Source of the DNA: Mizuhopecten yessoensis
Lineage: Eukaryota
Reading direction: 5' to 3'
DNA length: 64,000 bases
Assembly: GCF_002113885.1 (NCBI RefSeq)
Contig: NW_018480078.1
Coordinates: 825,375-889,374, forward strand
The notes beneath the pieces were generated by a model. That model did not search any database. It saw nothing but the letters and a program-made list of their open reading frames with translations, and was not told the DNA's origin. A program made the translations under genes and the position numbers. Of the stretch, positions 60,001 through 64,000 are shown one piece after another (position 1 is the stretch's first letter; each line of letters opens with the position of its first letter).

Positions 60001-62594
60001 GGATGGCCTGACCCCATATGGTCTCAATGTCAGCCATGACGGCTGTCAGTGTTCCCCCTGGTCCATTGTGAATATTTAAATGTCCGCCTCGCATCGGCCA
60101 ATGAAGATGATAATTGTCTGCTGGGTTCATATATAAGGCCTGAAAGGAAATTTAAAATGTTAAAGATAAATTTCCTGGTAAATAATCAACACATTTTTGG
60201 CACATTTTGTTTTTCATATAAAGTTATGAGATTTCAAATACAGGATGTCAAGTTGATGTAAAATAGTAGTTAATTCAGTTAACTTTGATTAATTTCATTA
60301 AACTATTGAAATGAATAAAATTTATTATGCGGTATTAGAAAAAAATTAAAATGGTCAATAAGACACACAAAAACATGGCCGCTTATCAATCACTGATCAA
60401 TACATGTATATATATTGATATAATGTCTTTTCACAGTAAAACTTATTTCATTTGATAGTATTTAATAGTAATAGTAACTTCATGAGGTGCTGTAGAAATT
60501 GATTGGTCCAGAATGCTTGAATATTTAGTCACTGTTTTAAAAGAAAGTTACTGTAAACAAACTTATTTTAGCAGCAGTCATAAGTTAAGGCCATTCATGC
60601 CAATTTGAAAGTGCTTATATATGTTAAATCCTCTATATTATGGATAACTATAGCTATCCTATCTTAGAAATTTTCACGAAAATAATATGTTCAATTAAAG
60701 TTTGGGGATATAAGTAATTTTACAGTACTAGTGAACATGGCACTTAATGAAGTGGAATCAAATACAGCTCAAAGTCATTCTTCAGAAAGAAAGAAATATT
60801 CAAAAAATCCACAATATTTTCAAAAATAAAAACTGAAATTCAAGATATTTCTAAAAGCTTTTTCTGAAATTAAAAACGAAATTTAAACTATTTTGAAAAT
60901 TTGAGTAAGTCAAGTCACTTCACTCAATTTTTCAAAATAGTGATTCTGATAGGTGTCAGTCATCAAACATTGACCAATTAAATTAAGAACTGACCAATGG
61001 GTTTTTTCCAAGTATGACAATTTGCTGATCATATTAAAGTGATTCTTCTAACTACAGTACCATGTAACAAATATGAACACATTTACCTCTTCTCCTATTA
61101 CAAAAGGCAAACTCTGGTCAATGGTAGTCCACCTGTGTGGACAAATGACCTCGGTCAACTGTCCTCGGACATTATTGTTGTGGGAATATAGCTGGAAAAC
61201 AGAAAATAAGTCACTAATTTAACATATATTTCACTGGTTTGTATTTTCCGTAATAAAGGAACATATTTAAATAGACTTTTCATTTGTGTTTCCGCCGTCA
61301 TCCTCAGAAAAAATAGGGTAAATGTAGGTAGGTAGGCAAATTTGTTTTTGATTTTTTTTTTTTTACTATGCTTATATAGAGCAGGTTTTCTTACTTAAAC
61401 AATGCTGATCACCAAATGCCAATACTTTTTTAGGGTAGACACTAAAATCTAGGGTAGGTAGGGGAAGCGGAAACACAAGATTTTTTTTTTCATTTGGCCT
61501 GACCTGTGTTAGGACCTACCAGTTTGTGTGATGTCGGCTGTCTATACTCCCCAGTAGATGTTGGCTTGTAGGCTAGAGCTTCCTCTGCCTGCTTCAGCCC
61601 CTGTCTTTGCTGGTATTTGCTTTCTGGTTGCTGTCAACATTGATGTACCGGAATGTATTATAGTAGATAAATAGCATATCAAATATATCATATCTGACTG
61701 AAGTTCTACATAAATCATTTAACAGTTATAGTTTCCTTTTATGTCAATGAGCCAAAATACAATGTAGGTTACGTCTAGTGCTTATCAGAATATTGCAAAG
61801 TGATTTGAAATATAATCAGAAGAAATTTACTATCCAAAGTAAAAATTACATGTAGACCTATATTAGGTGTCAGAACCATAATGCAGGTGATGACCATTAA
61901 AAACACAGGTCATAACATTATGTAACCAGTGTAAGTTTTGGCATGTAATAACTTCATCACTTACTGTTATTTAAAAGTTAAAACATTTGCTGACTTGCTG
62001 TAATCTATTGTCATCATAAACACTTTGAGGTCTGATAGTCAAAAACAGTAAATTGTTTGCAGGAAGTATTCAATTTGTTAATAAAATCATTTGAAATTTA
62101 TTCTGAAAATACAAAACAAGAGATTTTCTCCTGGTTGAAGAAGCCAATTTAAGATTGCCTTGCTTCCGTCAGCATGTCGAAGTGTTCACATCTAGGACAG
62201 TAGTACTAATATATTAATACCCGGCCTCGAGGTATGATAAAAAATTCTCTCGTCATCAGAAAGCTATGTGAGGACAGTAACACATTTTGTATAAGTACAT
62301 TAAATGATTCACCTGTGACATATATTCTATGAACACTTTAAATACAGGTAGGTAATTAATCATTTGTAGTGTACAAACATAAGCACTAGATGAATGATTG
62401 AAAAGGCATACAACAATGAATACCTGACATTCAGGACGAAGAATCCACGGAGTCGACTGAAGTGGTTTGCTAGGGTCCTTTTTCTTACGTGCAATACAAT
62501 GTGGAATTGTGATAGGCAGTCCATCGGAACCTCTACCAAGTCTTAGGTTGTAAGATCCAGGTTGAATGACAACAGTTGTTGCTGTTTGAACTGG
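54036..62594 (-). CDS. ACTR8: Actin-related protein 8 (INO80 subunit), 5'-partial
   Basis: Exons 62594-62424, 61630-61520, 61191-61087, 60139-59966, 59499-59389, 58542-58427, 57561-57408, 56940-56710, 56246-55982, 54978-54815, 54179-54036 join in frame. Motifs VIQPGSYNLRLGR, VVHQESVCATFGAG.GSACVVDVGDQKTSVCCVEDGISH, AILQSIDRC, LDTTQELWI...LRERAPFMW. Start exon not identified. Confidence 0.95.
55252..55311. mobile_element. 60-bp element: 19-bp inverted arms, filler DNA and perfect 7-bp TSD (GTTAATG); putative P-element footprint
   Basis: gttaatg|caaagacatatatattaca-aatctctgttattataaatctc-tgtaatatatatgtctctg|gttaatg. Confidence 0.65.
58672..58918 (-). mobile_element. Full-length tRNA-derived V-type SINE with 14-bp TSD
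   Basis: Core TGGGTTTTCTCTGGGTACTCTGGTTTCCTCCCAC (-); TSD AATGCCAACAAATG at 58658-58671 and 58919-58932. Confidence 0.9.
61283..61500. mobile_element. MITE with ttgtgtttccgc / gcggaaacacaa inverted repeats
   Basis: Inverted repeats visible; related copy in the opposite orientation at ~49260-49500 (shared ctaccctaaa motifs). Confidence 0.5.
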
Positions 62595-63734
62595 CTGTTA
62601 ATTTAAAGTTTATTTGAAAGAAGAATTATGGATTTAAATAAATCATCAGAGTGGACTAATGAGGTCATGTGACATTACCATACCATAAAAAATGCTGCTA
62701 TGTTTGTAAGACATTTTTCTGATCAGTGGATAACTTATATAATTAGTATTCAATGAGTTTCAGTTAAAAAGGAGATATGGTTCTTGGGGAATAAAAAATC
62801 TTGTATAATCACAGAATGAAATATTGAACCTGGTATGGCATGCAGGCCTAAACCTCAGCTGTATTATTGTTAGAAATCAAATATTATATTGGCATTCGCC
62901 ATGTAATAAAATTTCTTATTCCATGCTCATATCATCAAGTTCTGTCATTGATAGGCATATAAACATTTAAATGGTGATATTCTTGATTATCTAACACAAC
63001 GGCTTGCTTCAAGTCCTGTTGAGTTGATATTTTTCTTGCATATCCCTACTACAGGGGTTGATTCTTTTGCTCCCATCATAACGGTAAAGTGTTCAAAAAC
63101 AATATAATCAGTATAATTATTTGATTTGCACAATCTTTCATGTCAAAACTGTATTGTAATATTACATTCTCCATGTGACATCATTTAATCATTGTGTTGT
63201 TTCTACAAGCTATATTTCTCAACAGAAATATGTTAATTAATCAAACCCTCGGGGTGAACACATAAAACTGGAGACAATCCTGTGATAGGTGGACTGTTAC
63301 AAATTAAGGATGTTGTTACTCTAGTTCTATAAAAACTAATTTGTTATATAAGTTTTATTTCTGTGTGTATTCTCTATATTTTGTTGTATTTCCACTTTTT
63401 TGTTTTTGTCTTCACTTCTGCTTAGTATGCCCAGTGTTTTAATGTGTAGCTAGCTAGATCATCAACTGGTTAAACGTTCGACTATAGTTTGGAGGGTCCC
63501 AGCTAGATCAAACTCATCATGCTTACACCAATTTTAGTACAGTTTTTTTTAATTTTTTTTTTTTACATATCATTATACAGGGGTTAGCCATTCAACAAAA
63601 ATATCACCCATGGCCACAATTACCCTCTACTGTATACTGCTAACTACAGTATTACATTTTGTGCCTGTGAGCAACCCTCATTTCAAGTTCTGGGTGAATG
63701 CTTGTCATTCCCGAACCTGGGTTGCAAATACTGT

Positions 63735-63872
63735 TGTCTTTGGGACGAATACTTAGTAAAAGGAGGGAGGAATGTATATGTAGCAGAACTGGACTGGGTC
63801 GATTGTCAGTGACCAGTGCAGCTAGCTCAATTGTAGAGAGCATCCATCCACATTTTGGAGGGTCCCGGGTTT
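63735..63872 (+). mobile_element. TRIM fragment (polypurine tract plus terminal repeat)
   Basis: aaaaggagggaggaa followed by tgtagcagaactggactgggtcgat..., matching the reverse complement of 48560-48635. Confidence 0.6.
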
Positions 63873-64000
63873 AGTTTTCTGTTTAAATTTTTTATTGTGC
63901 TTTTATGTATACCATTAAGCATGTCTGTTATTGTTACTTGTTTTTTGTGCATACACTGTACGTTTGTCATAAAACTATTACAATCGCTATACATCGCTGA

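Noticed and set aside
62990-63843. Candidate first coding exon of ACTR8
   Set aside because: No segment with ARP8 similarity and a convincing donor; 63735-63872 is TRIM-derived. The start probably lies beyond the window.

Overview
AT-rich, intron-containing metazoan DNA. The repeat families (Helentron-type HINE elements, a tRNA-derived TRIM, Nin/V-type SINEs) suggest a bivalve mollusc; this is inference. Genes reconstructed by hand from GT-AG splice sites: the first coding exon of an ABCA-family transporter (-), two tandem paralogues encoding 211-aa CARD + death-domain adaptors (-), THNSL1 (+, 10 coding exons, 720 aa), an RPUSD3-like mitochondrial pseudouridine-synthase homologue lacking the catalytic Asp (-, 8 coding exons, 358 aa), LLPH (+, 122 aa, head-to-head with RPUSD3) and ACTR8 (-, 5' exon not identified). 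Introns and intergenic DNA are packed with SINEs, MITEs, HINEs carrying higher-order tandem repeats, and minisatellites. The most unusual signal is seven 25-60 bp palindromes (six clear, one degenerate). They start with CA, end with TG in six of seven, and are flanked by 7-bp direct repeats. They look like P-element excision footprints from several transposon families.
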